From: a virus
DNA: 64,000 bases
Strand: one strand, 5' to 3'
IMG/VR virus record: IMGVR_UViG_3300025168_000039
Span: 1-64,000 of that record
Positions 44,340-54,732 of this stretch are shown one piece after another (the first letter of the stretch is position 1; each line of letters starts with the position of its first letter). The notes beneath the pieces are model-generated. The model was given only the letters and a program-made list of their open reading frames with translations, was not told the origin of the DNA and made no database searches. A program made the translations under genes and the position numbers.

Positions 44340-46656
44340 CAAAAATAAAGTGACGGTGGTAACATCCTTTTCGGAGGATGGCTGGGAAACCTATGCCGAG
44401 AGAATGATTAAGTCTGCTGCAAAATATTGGGAACCGTCCATCAAGCTTGTTGCTTACTACCATGACTTTGATATTAATTCTAAAGACATACCAGAGTGTG
44501 ACCATATTGAGTTTAGAAATTTAAATGATCTAGAAGAACTACACCAATTCAGAAATACCTACAAAGATTTTAATGGTACAGGTAAGGATAGTCAGGGTTA
44601 TAACTGGCGTATGGATGGTATTAAGTTTAGTCATAAAGTATTTGCTATTGCTGACTGTGCGTTTAATTTAAAGAGCGATAGTGACGAGGCAGAGGGTGAT
44701 CATGATCCTGGCTGGTTAGTATGGATGGATGCTGATACGGTTACAGAAAAAAATCTATCAAAGAAAGCCCTTCTTAAATCCTTACCAGAGAAAGTTAATC
44801 TAGTACATCTAGGAAGAAAACATTTTACCTATAGTGAAACTTCTTTTATTGGTTTTAATTTAAATAGCGACACAGCTCTAGAATTTATTGGTGACTTTAT
44901 TGGCGCTTATCTAACAGGAGAAGTTTTTAATTATAGAGAATGGCATGACGGGTTTCTGTTTGAACGACTTTTAATTATCTATAAAGCTCATGGCTTAAAG
45001 TTCCATGATTGGACCGGATCAAAAGATATAAAGTCACAAGTAAAAGGTGAACAAGCCTTTGATTTATTTCCTCTTAGTAGTTATGTAAAACATTTTAAAG
45101 GTAGTAGAAAGAAAGCTTCTTCTCAAGGCGTAGCCCCAGATGTTAATGGACCTCAAAGATATGCTAAGTTAATTGAATTAGTAGAGCTTTACCAACCTAG
45201 TACTATTGCTGAAACAGGTACATGGAACGGTGGTCGAGCTATTCAAATGTCAGAGGCTGCATTTAAATCTTCATATGAAGTAACTTATTATGGTTATGAT
45301 CTCTTTGAGGATGCTACCACAGAGATCGATGAGAAAGAACTGAACAGCAAACAACATAATTTTTTCGCTGCAGTAAACGCAAGACTTAAAGAGTATCAAG
45401 AGAACTGTAAAAATGCTGGTCGTAAGTTTAACTTCGAATTGTTTAAGGGAGATACAAAAGATACACTTCAAGAAAAGAAAGTTGACTTTGCTTACATCGA
45501 TGGGGGTCACTCTGAAGAAACTGTAACCCATGATTATGAGATGTTAAAAGAAAGTAAGGTTGTTGTCTTCGATGATTATATTTCCAAAGATGAAAAAGGA
45601 AATGATCCAGGCAAAGAATTTTATGGTGTTAATAAACTGATCGAAAAGATTGATCACCGAAAGAAAGTGTTACCATCTGCTGATAGAATTATCGAAGGAG
45701 GTATCACTCACCTAGCTGTAGTTCTAACGGATGATACCCTTGAAGATATTCCAGAAACTCTTGGCCGATCACCTATTATTGTACAGCCTAGAGATTGTAT
45801 GCCTAAAGAAGACATTCTTAAAAATGTTAAAAAGAATACTTCTGTTATTGATACATGGGTTACAAAAGCAAAGCCTCATTCAGAAGTTGCTATTATTATT
45901 TCTGGTGGAGGCAGCACTGATTGGAAAGAGGTAAAACGTACAATTAGAAAGGTCGGAAAGAAAAGAGCTAAAGTTATTTGTGTTAAGCATTCTTATCCAG
46001 AGTTATTGAAAAATGACATTAAACCTTTTGGATGTGTCATTCTAGACCCTCGTCCAATTACAGGAACAAGTACTCATGGAGTTGTCCGAAAAGATTTGTT
46101 TAAAAAGATTGATGATAGTACTTTATTTATGGCAGCATCTATGACTGATCCTTCTGTTATAGACTTACTGCGAAAGAAAACAAAAAACATTGTAGGGTGG
46201 CATGCATATACCAACGCACTACAAGAAAATATTAAAGATCAAGTTAAGAACGATGCCGTAAAAATTGACGAGAAGTTAGGTATCAAAGAAGGAGCTACGA
46301 TGATTATCGGTGGTACTTGTGCAGCCATGCGATCAATTGGCATCATGCATACTCTAGGCTTTAGAGAGTTCCATCTCTTTGGATATGACTGTTCCTTTCC
46401 TGAACCTTCTAAAAAAGAACAGAAAGAAACAACGGATGAGGGTAAGCCAAAGTATCTAAAGGTAGGTGTAGGGAATGAGAGCTTCTGGACTACCGGAGAA
46501 CTCCTGGCAATGGCACAAGACTGCGAGAAGTTATTCGAGAAGGAAGATGTAAACCTTAGTATAAACTTTCATGGAACTGGTACACTTGTTTCTAAGCTCT
46601 GGGAAATATCTGATACTCATAAGTTACGCACATACAAAGAGGTTCTTTCTTTATAA
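44332..46656 (+). CDS. Trimodular glycosyltransferase / SAM methyltransferase / Maf(DUF115)-like protein
   Basis: N: VVTSF, FSHKVFA, WMDADT; middle: ETGTWNG, YGYDLF, YIDGGHS, VVFDDY; C: IISGGGS, ILDPRP, GGTCAAMR, LGFREFHLFGYDCS. Confidence 0.75.
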   Translation: MSNKNKVTVVTSFSEDGWETYAERMIKSAAKYWEPSIKLVAYYHDFDINSKDIPECDHIEFRNLNDLEELHQFRNTYKDFNGTGKDSQGYNWRMDGIKFSHKVFAIADCAFNLKSDSDEAEGDHDPGWLVWMDADTVTEKNLSKKALLKSLPEKVNLVHLGRKHFTYSETSFIGFNLNSDTALEFIGDFIGAYLTGEVFNYREWHDGFLFERLLIIYKAHGLKFHDWTGSKDIKSQVKGEQAFDLFPLSSYVKHFKGSRKKASSQGVAPDVNGPQRYAKLIELVELYQPSTIAETGTWNGGRAIQMSEAAFKSSYEVTYYGYDLFEDATTEIDEKELNSKQHNFFAAVNARLKEYQENCKNAGRKFNFELFKGDTKDTLQEKKVDFAYIDGGHSEETVTHDYEMLKESKVVVFDDYISKDEKGNDPGKEFYGVNKLIEKIDHRKKVLPSADRIIEGGITHLAVVLTDDTLEDIPETLGRSPIIVQPRDCMPKEDILKNVKKNTSVIDTWVTKAKPHSEVAIIISGGGSTDWKEVKRTIRKVGKKRAKVICVKHSYPELLKNDIKPFGCVILDPRPITGTSTHGVVRKDLFKKIDDSTLFMAASMTDPSVIDLLRKKTKNIVGWHAYTNALQENIKDQVKNDAVKIDEKLGIKEGATMIIGGTCAAMRSIGIMHTLGFREFHLFGYDCSFPEPSKKEQKETTDEGKPKYLKVGVGNESFWTTGELLAMAQDCEKLFEKEDVNLSINFHGTGTLVSKLWEISDTHKLRTYKEVLSL

Positions 46657-47063
46657 TGCTAACAGAAAAGCAAGAGAAGTTTGCACAGTCATATGTACTA
46701 AATAATAATGCTACTGATGCAGCAAAGAGTGCAGGGTATTCTGATAGGTCAGCTTACAATCAAGGCTATCGTTTATTACAAAATGACTTTATCGTAGAAA
46801 GAATAGAAGAGCTATCTAGAGAATTAAAAACTAGTGTGGATGTTGTAGCTGAGATTGAAGATCAATATACCTTTGCTAAAACCAATGGTCATGTGAACAG
46901 CGCCATCAAAGCTCTAGAACTTTTATCTAGAGTCAGAGGTAATAAAGTTGAAGATGGAAAGAATGTTAGTAAAGAAGAGTTGATTACTCTTATTGTTTCA
47001 ACCTTTGAGGTTCTTGGAAAGGAACAAGTAGAAGATATGGTTAAACGCTGTAAATTCGACTAG
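46656..47063 (+). CDS. terS: Terminase small subunit
   Basis: LTEKQEKFAQSY..NATDAAKSAGYS..AYNQGYRLL, AIKALELL. Confidence 0.85.
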   Translation: MLTEKQEKFAQSYVLNNNATDAAKSAGYSDRSAYNQGYRLLQNDFIVERIEELSRELKTSVDVVAEIEDQYTFAKTNGHVNSAIKALELLSRVRGNKVEDGKNVSKEELITLIVSTFEVLGKEQVEDMVKRCKFD

Positions 47064-47198
47064 CAGTAAAAAATAAGCCCCTACGTTGACCATTGAGTAG
47101 GGGTGAAGACAGTCTCGGCTACCTACCCACCAGGAAGAACCCTAAGTTTACCAGTGATCCTTATACGGTCTTACAGAGCATTTACTAAAAAATAAGAC

Positions 47199-47360
47199 CT
47201 ATCTTCCTCTACGACGGTTGGGACCGTTCCTTTTTTTAGGTTGAGGTTGTTTTCTTACAGGAGGGACCAGTGATTTCTTTAGATGCCATCCAACTGCTAC
47301 ACCTCCAACATAAGATATTGCAATAAGAGTAAGGTATATTACAAATACAGTGACTGTCAT
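47199..47360 (-). CDS. 53-aa membrane peptide with basic tail
   Basis: MTVTVFVIYLTLIAISYVGGVAVGWHLKKSLVPPVRKQPQPKKRNGPNRRRGR; homolog of 27240..27413. Confidence 0.7.
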   Translation of the reverse strand: MTVTVFVIYLTLIAISYVGGVAVGWHLKKSLVPPVRKQPQPKKRNGPNRRRGR

Positions 47361-47361
47361 T

Positions 47362-47703
47362 CTACTTCTCTACAAAAGGGTGGCGGCCATTATGCATTTT
47401 TTGTAATGCTGTAATTTCAGATTCTGTTTTTTTCAATCTTTCAGAAACAAAACCTCTCCATTTATTTTGCCCCTCTAAATTACTCGGACTTAAAATATTA
47501 GACAAGACTTCTATCTGTTGTTGTAAAACTGCAACAACATTTTTAACACCATCAAACTTTCTGTTTAATTCATCAAAATATTTTCTTTGTTCGTCTTGTC
47601 TTTGTTTTAGAGATGACACTTGATTGCGAACCAATCCCCATGCACCAGCTAATGAAGCTATGACTGCCCCAATCTGGATCGCCATCCTTGCATCTAGTTC
47701 CAT
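47362..47703 (-). CDS. Membrane-anchored coiled-coil protein (holin/spanin-like)
   Basis: N-terminal TM helix then heptads; near the end of the late operon. Confidence 0.5.
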   Translation of the reverse strand: MELDARMAIQIGAVIASLAGAWGLVRNQVSSLKQRQDEQRKYFDELNRKFDGVKNVVAVLQQQIEVLSNILSPSNLEGQNKWRGFVSERLKKTESEITALQKMHNGRHPFVEK

Positions 47704-50700
47704 TATTTCTCTACCTCTACCAAAGGCTTCTGAATATATTCTACAAATATATTAGTTAACCCATCTTGTAATTTACTAGATAGTTCAGGGCTAACCTGTC
47801 TATCTTCTAAAGCTTTAAATATACTCATATCCCCAATTAAATTATCAGGCATAAACACACCACTTTCTACACTGCTTGCGACATCTGCAATTAATGGTAA
47901 AATTAATTCGTCGTTAGCAGTATACCAGAACTTATTTGTAGCTGCTTCTAAAACTCCACTTATACCTAATATTTTTGGCTTAGTTAAATCAGCTTCAGAT
48001 TTACCTTTTGGTATTTCATAGTATTCAACATTTTTAAATTCATTAAGTCTCTTTGTAAATTTTTGCATACCTTTATATTTACGGTCTTGTAAATTTTTAT
48101 AGCTTTTTAAAAGCTGGTCTATATCTTCATTAGTTATTTCTCTTCTAGGAAGTTTTCTTACATCAGCTAAAAAATTATCTTTTGTTTTAGCTATAGCTTT
48201 TAATCTACTAGACATGTCATAACCCATAGACTTTTGTACGTCTACGGTTATTGGTCGAATACCTGTCTTAACATAAAATTTTAAATCCGTAGAACTTAAT
48301 GGAAAGCCAGAAGCTCTTTGCCCCTGTCCTTCTCCTAAGAGTTCTTCTGAACTTACAGACTCCGCATATTGTCTAATAGCTTTAATAGTTCCTGGCTCTA
48401 AAAATTTTCCAATCTCCGTTAATGCTGATATAACTTTATCTTTAGTTGTGACACCTACTGCATCATCGTAAATTGGTTTACCTGTTTTCAGATTTGTTCC
48501 GCTTACAACATTAACTAATGCTTCTGTTAAAAACTTAGGAGATAGATATGCACCAGCAAGTCCCTTTGTTGCATTACCTACAGCATCATCTATTTCAGAG
48601 TCAGAAACAAATCCATTCTTCATTAACTTAGCTTGAAGCAAACGAAGAGGTGATTTAAGTACATCAAAAGTATCAGCAGATGTAGAGCCAATATACCTAG
48701 ATGTTATTCTAGGGTCTGCTTGATTGTTATCTTTAACAAATGGTTGAAGCCAAAACTGTTTCGCACCCTTTGTCCAATCTGGAGATACAGCATTTACAAA
48801 CTTTTTATTAGCTTCTGTTATTTGATAAGCATCTTCATTTTGACTAGCAACCATATCCCAACCACCAGCAACAACTCCGGCACCTGCGAATCTTCTTGCC
48901 CCATGTGCAATCAATGCAGGGTTTCCTGTTTTCGTTCCCTCCACTATGTCTTTCACACTAGTCTTTAAAATATTTTTAGTATTTCTTATTACCTCACTGG
49001 GAAACAATACATAGTTACCTATCAAAGGAGTCTTGGCTATTTCTCTAGCTAGTGGAGCAGCATCGCCATATGTAGGCATAGTCTCTCTAACATATCTAGC
49101 AGCTCTTTCATCTAAATCATTATCATATATTTTTTTAGCTGCCTTACGTTTAATACTACGCTCTTTCATAATATTACTTATTGTTGGTCCTTCTTTAAAT
49201 ATCTTTTTTAAAGCTGCTCTTTCACTTTCATAAGCAACTAATTTTAGATAGGCATCAGGTTGACCATACAAAGAACCTAGCTTACTCATTGTTTTTCGAT
49301 AAGCTTTGCTTACTGTGCCAGTGGCATTTTGCATTTGAGAAGCACCAGCCTTTATTAGTTCTCCAGTAACATCTTGCTCAATAACACCAAGCCTTCTTAG
49401 CTTTGCTAATTTTGCAACAGCTACAGGATTTTTTAAAGTAAGCTGATTTCCTAAAGTTCCTATTTCTTTTACTGCTGCTTTATAAGCAATCGGATTTAAG
49501 AAGTGACCATTTGCAATAAGACTTTGAGTGCCACCAATAAGGTTTAGTGCATACGCAGGTAGATCAAGCAAAGTCTCTTTTGCCTGTGCTAGTGATGCAG
49601 CATTAACCCAAATACTTCTAATTCTACCAGAGCTATTAAATAACTCAAGACCTTGATTAATAGCCCTACCCATCTCAGGACTTGTGTAGATATCTTTTAG
49701 TATTTGCCTTGAGTCACCTCCAAATTTTCCAATTGAATCTTTAGCAACTTGCTCTAAACCAAATTCAATATTTGGAGCAGAACCTTTTTGAAAGGTTGTT
49801 TTTACTGATGGTAATATAGGAAAGAAACCTTTTAAATCTACTTCTTTTCCTACATTTTCTCTAGCAAATTTTTCTACATCTTTTAAATATTTTAATTCTG
49901 CTATTAATTTATTCTGTTGAATTAAACTAGTAGCAAGATTTTGTTTACCAGATTTATTTTGACCAAGCAAATCTAATACAGAATCATCTAAGTCTTGTTT
50001 TTTTCTTAAAACTTTTATAGTTGCGGGACGATATCCCTGTTGTGCAGTCCCACTAAATATTTTATCTATCAGAGGTCTATCCTCTTTAGACAATCTATAA
50101 ACCATGTTAGTAATAACACTATCAACATCAGCAGAATCAACTCCCTGCTTTTTTAAATATGATCTTGCGTTCTCTACCTTCGTAAGAAAAACAGGATCAG
50201 GAGATTTATCTAGAAGTGCCTTTTTAATTTCAGCATAATATTTAGGATTATTAGCAGATTGAAAAGTTCTAGATAAGTAGAAACCGTTTCGATCTCTATT
50301 AACTCCAATTTTTGCATTACCTGTTAATCCTAATTGAGTATTAATTAATGTTTCATTACTATTAATTTGTTTTTTAATATTATCTACTTGATCTAATACA
50401 GTATCAGGGATACCCCTTTCGACAAATGATTGTCTATTTTTAGCGCCAGAATTTATATATTCATTTAAAATATCTTCATCAACATCACTATCTTTAATTG
50501 ATCGTTCTAAATCTTTTATCTGTTTTTTAATTTCAATTTCAGAACCAGCCTTTGACCTAGTTCTTTTTCTTGCAGCATCCGCTAAATCTTGCGAAAGATT
50601 AGCATCAGACCGTAATAGTTTTCCTGCAGCGGTATTTATTTTAGCAATCGGATCTTTTAATGGACGAAATAAGTTTCCTGCCCCAGTTTTTAATCTAGCA

Positions 50701-51929
50701 ATATTTTGCGTCGTAAAAAGTTTTTTAGCTCCAACTCCTATTGTTTTAAATGCCGCTGCACCAACAGCAGTGTCTGCTATCGCTCCAAAATATTTAAGAA
50801 GTTCGTCTTTTCTAGTAGTTGAATTTGGATTTACTCTAAACTTTTTAATTTCCTCTACTACAGATTCAGGTAAACTGTCTACCAATCCTAGATCAGCATT
50901 GGTTGCAAAGTCAATAAGTAGCCCTTGTTGTCCTTCGTTAAAATCTGTAATTTGTACAAAGCCTTGAACCACCCCTACGTTTGCACCACTAGCTTTTACT
51001 AATCTTTCTACTCTTTTAGAAAAATCTTTTCCTCTACGCTTTGCTATATAAGCAAGTCCTTTTCTAGCAAGTTTTGCGCCTATGCCAGCTATAGAAGCTA
51101 AAGCTATTAACTCGCTAACCATTTTCTCTTCATCGTTTAAATTAGGTTCTAATATTTCATTAACTTTTGCCACCGCTTTACCAAAAGGAGATTCTTTTAG
51201 TAGTTTAGCTGTTGCTGGATCTGTAATTGTTATTACAGACATTGCTATTTCACCGGGTGTTTTCCCTATTTCCAAAGCTGCTTTGCCGAAAATTCTTGCC
51301 GCTTGTCCTTGTCCATATACATTCATATAAATAGCTAAAAGTTTTCTTTCAGGTATTGTAAGAGATGCTGGGTCTTTCTTAGCTTTGTCCTGTAATTTTT
51401 TTAGTAATTCAGTTCCTGCTTTACCTGCAACCTCAAGTGGTTTATTTTCTGTCTGCTCTGGAGTAGAGACTCCTTCTACTGAACCTTCTCCAGATTTAAT
51501 TGACTCTGAAAATATAATTCCAAATTCATTAGGCGTTTCTACTTCTGAAGAAACTCCAGCACCTTCTATTGGCACAGAGGTAGCCTCAACAGGAGGAGTA
51601 GCCTCAACAGGAGGAGTAGCCTGGACAGGGGGAGCCGTTTCAACAGGAGTAGATATAGATTGATCTACTGCTGAAATAAGTTCTTGAGGAGGAACTTTTA
51701 TAGGATTTGCTTTTATTAAAGGAACTTCAGGTTCTTTTACATCTACAGAAGGAGCTTCAGGTTCTTCTTTAGGTTTAAGCATATTAGAAGGAACTTCTTT
51801 CCATTCCGCTCCGTTATATAAATACACCTGTCCTGTATCAGGATTTACTGCTTTTTCAGTTGGAATGTATTCTTTACCTTCCAACCTATGTCCCTCTCCA
51901 TTATCTGGATTATAGGTTATTTCAGACAT
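47703..51929 (-). CDS. Large internal virion/ejection protein
   Basis: 1408 aa helical, last large gene of the late module (T7 gp16/P22 gp16 position); TPPVEA-type repeats near 51575-51640. Confidence 0.7.
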   Translation of the reverse strand: MSEITYNPDNGEGHRLEGKEYIPTEKAVNPDTGQVYLYNGAEWKEVPSNMLKPKEEPEAPSVDVKEPEVPLIKANPIKVPPQELISAVDQSISTPVETAPPVQATPPVEATPPVEATSVPIEGAGVSSEVETPNEFGIIFSESIKSGEGSVEGVSTPEQTENKPLEVAGKAGTELLKKLQDKAKKDPASLTIPERKLLAIYMNVYGQGQAARIFGKAALEIGKTPGEIAMSVITITDPATAKLLKESPFGKAVAKVNEILEPNLNDEEKMVSELIALASIAGIGAKLARKGLAYIAKRRGKDFSKRVERLVKASGANVGVVQGFVQITDFNEGQQGLLIDFATNADLGLVDSLPESVVEEIKKFRVNPNSTTRKDELLKYFGAIADTAVGAAAFKTIGVGAKKLFTTQNIARLKTGAGNLFRPLKDPIAKINTAAGKLLRSDANLSQDLADAARKRTRSKAGSEIEIKKQIKDLERSIKDSDVDEDILNEYINSGAKNRQSFVERGIPDTVLDQVDNIKKQINSNETLINTQLGLTGNAKIGVNRDRNGFYLSRTFQSANNPKYYAEIKKALLDKSPDPVFLTKVENARSYLKKQGVDSADVDSVITNMVYRLSKEDRPLIDKIFSGTAQQGYRPATIKVLRKKQDLDDSVLDLLGQNKSGKQNLATSLIQQNKLIAELKYLKDVEKFARENVGKEVDLKGFFPILPSVKTTFQKGSAPNIEFGLEQVAKDSIGKFGGDSRQILKDIYTSPEMGRAINQGLELFNSSGRIRSIWVNAASLAQAKETLLDLPAYALNLIGGTQSLIANGHFLNPIAYKAAVKEIGTLGNQLTLKNPVAVAKLAKLRRLGVIEQDVTGELIKAGASQMQNATGTVSKAYRKTMSKLGSLYGQPDAYLKLVAYESERAALKKIFKEGPTISNIMKERSIKRKAAKKIYDNDLDERAARYVRETMPTYGDAAPLAREIAKTPLIGNYVLFPSEVIRNTKNILKTSVKDIVEGTKTGNPALIAHGARRFAGAGVVAGGWDMVASQNEDAYQITEANKKFVNAVSPDWTKGAKQFWLQPFVKDNNQADPRITSRYIGSTSADTFDVLKSPLRLLQAKLMKNGFVSDSEIDDAVGNATKGLAGAYLSPKFLTEALVNVVSGTNLKTGKPIYDDAVGVTTKDKVISALTEIGKFLEPGTIKAIRQYAESVSSEELLGEGQGQRASGFPLSSTDLKFYVKTGIRPITVDVQKSMGYDMSSRLKAIAKTKDNFLADVRKLPRREITNEDIDQLLKSYKNLQDRKYKGMQKFTKRLNEFKNVEYYEIPKGKSEADLTKPKILGISGVLEAATNKFWYTANDELILPLIADVASSVESGVFMPDNLIGDMSIFKALEDRQVSPELSSKLQDGLTNIFVEYIQKPLVEVEK

Positions 51930-51950
51930 TTAATATTCCTATTTAATAAT

Positions 51951-54299
51951 CTATCGAGTGGAAGTGGGTACTATGTTAGAACCAGTAGGCGGGGTAGGCA
52001 TTAGACTAGGAGGTTTCTCGCCCATTAGCCTTGTATATTCTGCTATTATTTTTTCTTTACTACCTAATAATATAGGATCATTTAATACTTTACCAGCAAA
52101 GATTACCGCAACCGAAGAATCTCTTTTTGCTGCAGCATCACCCATTAAAGCTTGAACAGTTGCAATATTCTGTTCTATAGTTGCTGCGTCTTGTTCGTTG
52201 TCAGTTGCATAAACTTTCAGTTGACCTTTATTGATTCTGGTTCCTATAACCCTTCCCTGATCATTTGCAATAGGCAGCATAAAGGGAAGACCCGAAACCA
52301 TTTTTGGGGCAACCTGTCCAATAACAAACTTTCTTCTGTCCCGTTTACTTTTATTCTTATTATCATGTGCTTTAGCAGCAGCTTTCGCCCCAGCCGTCAA
52401 TCTATCTGCTTGCTGTTCATGTATTTTGAGAGCAACATTAGCAACTCTAGTACTTGCCTCATCCACTGTTTTGGCTAAACGATCTTTATCACCAGTACTA
52501 TCTATCTGTAGATTTAATCCAGCTATCTTACCCTGCCTCACTTGTTTAGCTTGAGCTTCTGTGATATTAGATATTCCGGCTAAGTTAGCTAACTCTTTAT
52601 CTTTAATACCTTGTAAGTTTTTTCTCTTTTCTCTTAATAATTTTCTTTCATCTTTATAACTACCTCGTAAATCACTCAATGCTTTTGAATCTAGAAAGCC
52701 AGATGCTACTGCTTGAAGAGGAGTCTTACCAGCAGGGTCTGCTCCTAGTATACCAAGACCTCCCTTGATAAGAGCAAAGTATTTTTCTCTACTAAGATCG
52801 TCTTTTTCTTTATCATACGCTTCTGTTAGATCAGTTCTTCGTTTACCAAAATCAACATTCTTTAAAGCTTCTAAATAATCTTTACGCTCTTGAGTTTGGG
52901 TTGGTGTTAATAATGGGTTTATCTTACCTCTTATAGCTTCTCTCTGTCTTGCTGATTCTAATCGTCTATCAACCATATCTTTTTGAGTTCTTTGGTATGC
53001 GCTTAAAAAAGATTCTGGGTCTGGACCAACTGGAAGAATTGGTTGCATTGCATAGCCTTTATAAGGGTCTACACTAGGATCACCATAAATAGAAGTCGTT
53101 TGGCGACTACCAGCTATATTTCTAGGATTACCTACATTGCCAGCCTGTGCATATTTACCAATCTTACCACCATTAGCAAGACCAACAAGCCCACCTTCTT
53201 TTTTACTAAAAGCTCCAAAAGCACCAGCCGTACCTAAAGCAGCTAAACCAAGACCTCCTATCTGTTGAAAGGCAGATGGAGTTGCAGTTGTTCCTGTATC
53301 TCTTTTAACTGTACTAGCAGGAATTGGTGCAGAATAACCTCTAATAATAGATTGATAATCTTGAAGAGTTCTTTCAGGAAAAGTTCTTGCAACTTCATAT
53401 TCTTGTTGTGCAATATCCAATGCCTGTTGTCCAACACCTCTTCGTTGAGCGCCGGTAGTTTCAAGTGCTGTTAGTTCTCGCATAGTTTGGCCTGGAACAG
53501 CCGTAGCTAAAGAACCAAACTGTGATCCAGCACTTCTCTCTCTGTTTCTTTGTTGAGCAAGTCTATTCTGTGCATCTTCAAATGCCGCTGCTTGTCCCTT
53601 CGCTTGAATATCTCCCAACCTTTGTTGTAAATTTCTATTTGCTTCAGCCTCTAAAATCCCTTGTCGAGAACCTCCAAATGCTCCAGCGGCAACAGCCTTC
53701 TGTCCTATTCTTTGTCTCTCAACATCACCTGTTCTTTCAAGTTCTCTCTTTTGAATGTCAATTACATTTTGAATATAGGGATTCATAAACTGACCAACAG
53801 ATGCAGCATTAGGTGCTAATGCACTTGAGGCAGTTAAAGCTTCTGCTGTTCTAAAGTAAGGTTGACTTGCTCCTTGTAGATTTTGAACCCCTGCAAATGC
53901 TTGTTCTTGCTCTGGACTAAAGGAAGCAATACGAGGGCCAGCAAAGGGAACATAGCCTTCTTCTTCTCTTCTCTCTGATAGAGCTTTTGATTTTTCTAGA
54001 ATATCCGTAACAAATGGTTTTAATTCATCAGGAATAGTTTCCTTCTGAATAGTACTTTGAGAAGGAGCAGGAGCAGAACCTCCACCTGGACTACCACCCA
54101 TGAACTGAATTAATCCTGTATTTGGATTGATTGTACCAGACCCACCCATGTCTCGAAGAACTTGCATTTCTTCAGTATTGACATGAGCTAGTTCAGTATC
54201 TCCTCCTATACCTTCACCAGAAAGATCAGTATATAAACAATTATATAACTCTATCTTTTCAGTTGTAGATAATTTAGAAACAATATTTTTTACAGACAT
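51951..54299 (-). CDS. Internal virion/ejection (DNA transfer) protein
   Basis: GDTELAHVN leader, FMNPYIQNV, AGAFGGSRQG; homolog of 1..1366. Confidence 0.75.
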   Translation of the reverse strand: MSVKNIVSKLSTTEKIELYNCLYTDLSGEGIGGDTELAHVNTEEMQVLRDMGGSGTINPNTGLIQFMGGSPGGGSAPAPSQSTIQKETIPDELKPFVTDILEKSKALSERREEEGYVPFAGPRIASFSPEQEQAFAGVQNLQGASQPYFRTAEALTASSALAPNAASVGQFMNPYIQNVIDIQKRELERTGDVERQRIGQKAVAAGAFGGSRQGILEAEANRNLQQRLGDIQAKGQAAAFEDAQNRLAQQRNRERSAGSQFGSLATAVPGQTMRELTALETTGAQRRGVGQQALDIAQQEYEVARTFPERTLQDYQSIIRGYSAPIPASTVKRDTGTTATPSAFQQIGGLGLAALGTAGAFGAFSKKEGGLVGLANGGKIGKYAQAGNVGNPRNIAGSRQTTSIYGDPSVDPYKGYAMQPILPVGPDPESFLSAYQRTQKDMVDRRLESARQREAIRGKINPLLTPTQTQERKDYLEALKNVDFGKRRTDLTEAYDKEKDDLSREKYFALIKGGLGILGADPAGKTPLQAVASGFLDSKALSDLRGSYKDERKLLREKRKNLQGIKDKELANLAGISNITEAQAKQVRQGKIAGLNLQIDSTGDKDRLAKTVDEASTRVANVALKIHEQQADRLTAGAKAAAKAHDNKNKSKRDRRKFVIGQVAPKMVSGLPFMLPIANDQGRVIGTRINKGQLKVYATDNEQDAATIEQNIATVQALMGDAAAKRDSSVAVIFAGKVLNDPILLGSKEKIIAEYTRLMGEKPPSLMPTPPTGSNIVPTSTR

Positions 54300-54300
54300 T

Positions 54301-54729
54301 CTATAGTTCCCTCGTAATAACTGTTGTATATTTTTTAAAATCATATTTAGGTGTAAACTTTAACCAGCCATCTCTAGCATATCCTTCAAGTCTTTTTACA
54401 CCTTGTTCTCTTGCAAACTTAATAATAGGAGAATCTTCACTCATTCCATAATCAAACCATTTATGAAGTGTGTGAGACTTCGTTCCAATGTAAGGCATTG
54501 CTAAAACTTTATACTGTGGAAAAGTAATAAGTTGTGTTATGCAAATTCCTAAGATACCATCTTCTTCATCTGCACCTACCCAAAGTTGTAAGTAATCACC
54601 TAATAACTCTTTGTAGATATCATTTAAATCTTTTTCCCCTTGAGTTCTTTTTAAAGGTTTTTCTATAAACTCAACAACATGAGGCCATGTTACATCAACA
54701 CAGTTAGGTTCAATTTTTATTAACTTCAA
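54301..54729 (-). CDS. GNAT-like acyl/acetyltransferase
   Basis: Homolog of 1369..1797; FAREQGVKRLEGYARDGW. Confidence 0.55.
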   Translation of the reverse strand: MKLIKIEPNCVDVTWPHVVEFIEKPLKRTQGEKDLNDIYKELLGDYLQLWVGADEEDGILGICITQLITFPQYKVLAMPYIGTKSHTLHKWFDYGMSEDSPIIKFAREQGVKRLEGYARDGWLKFTPKYDFKKYTTVITREL

Positions 54730-54732
54730 TTT

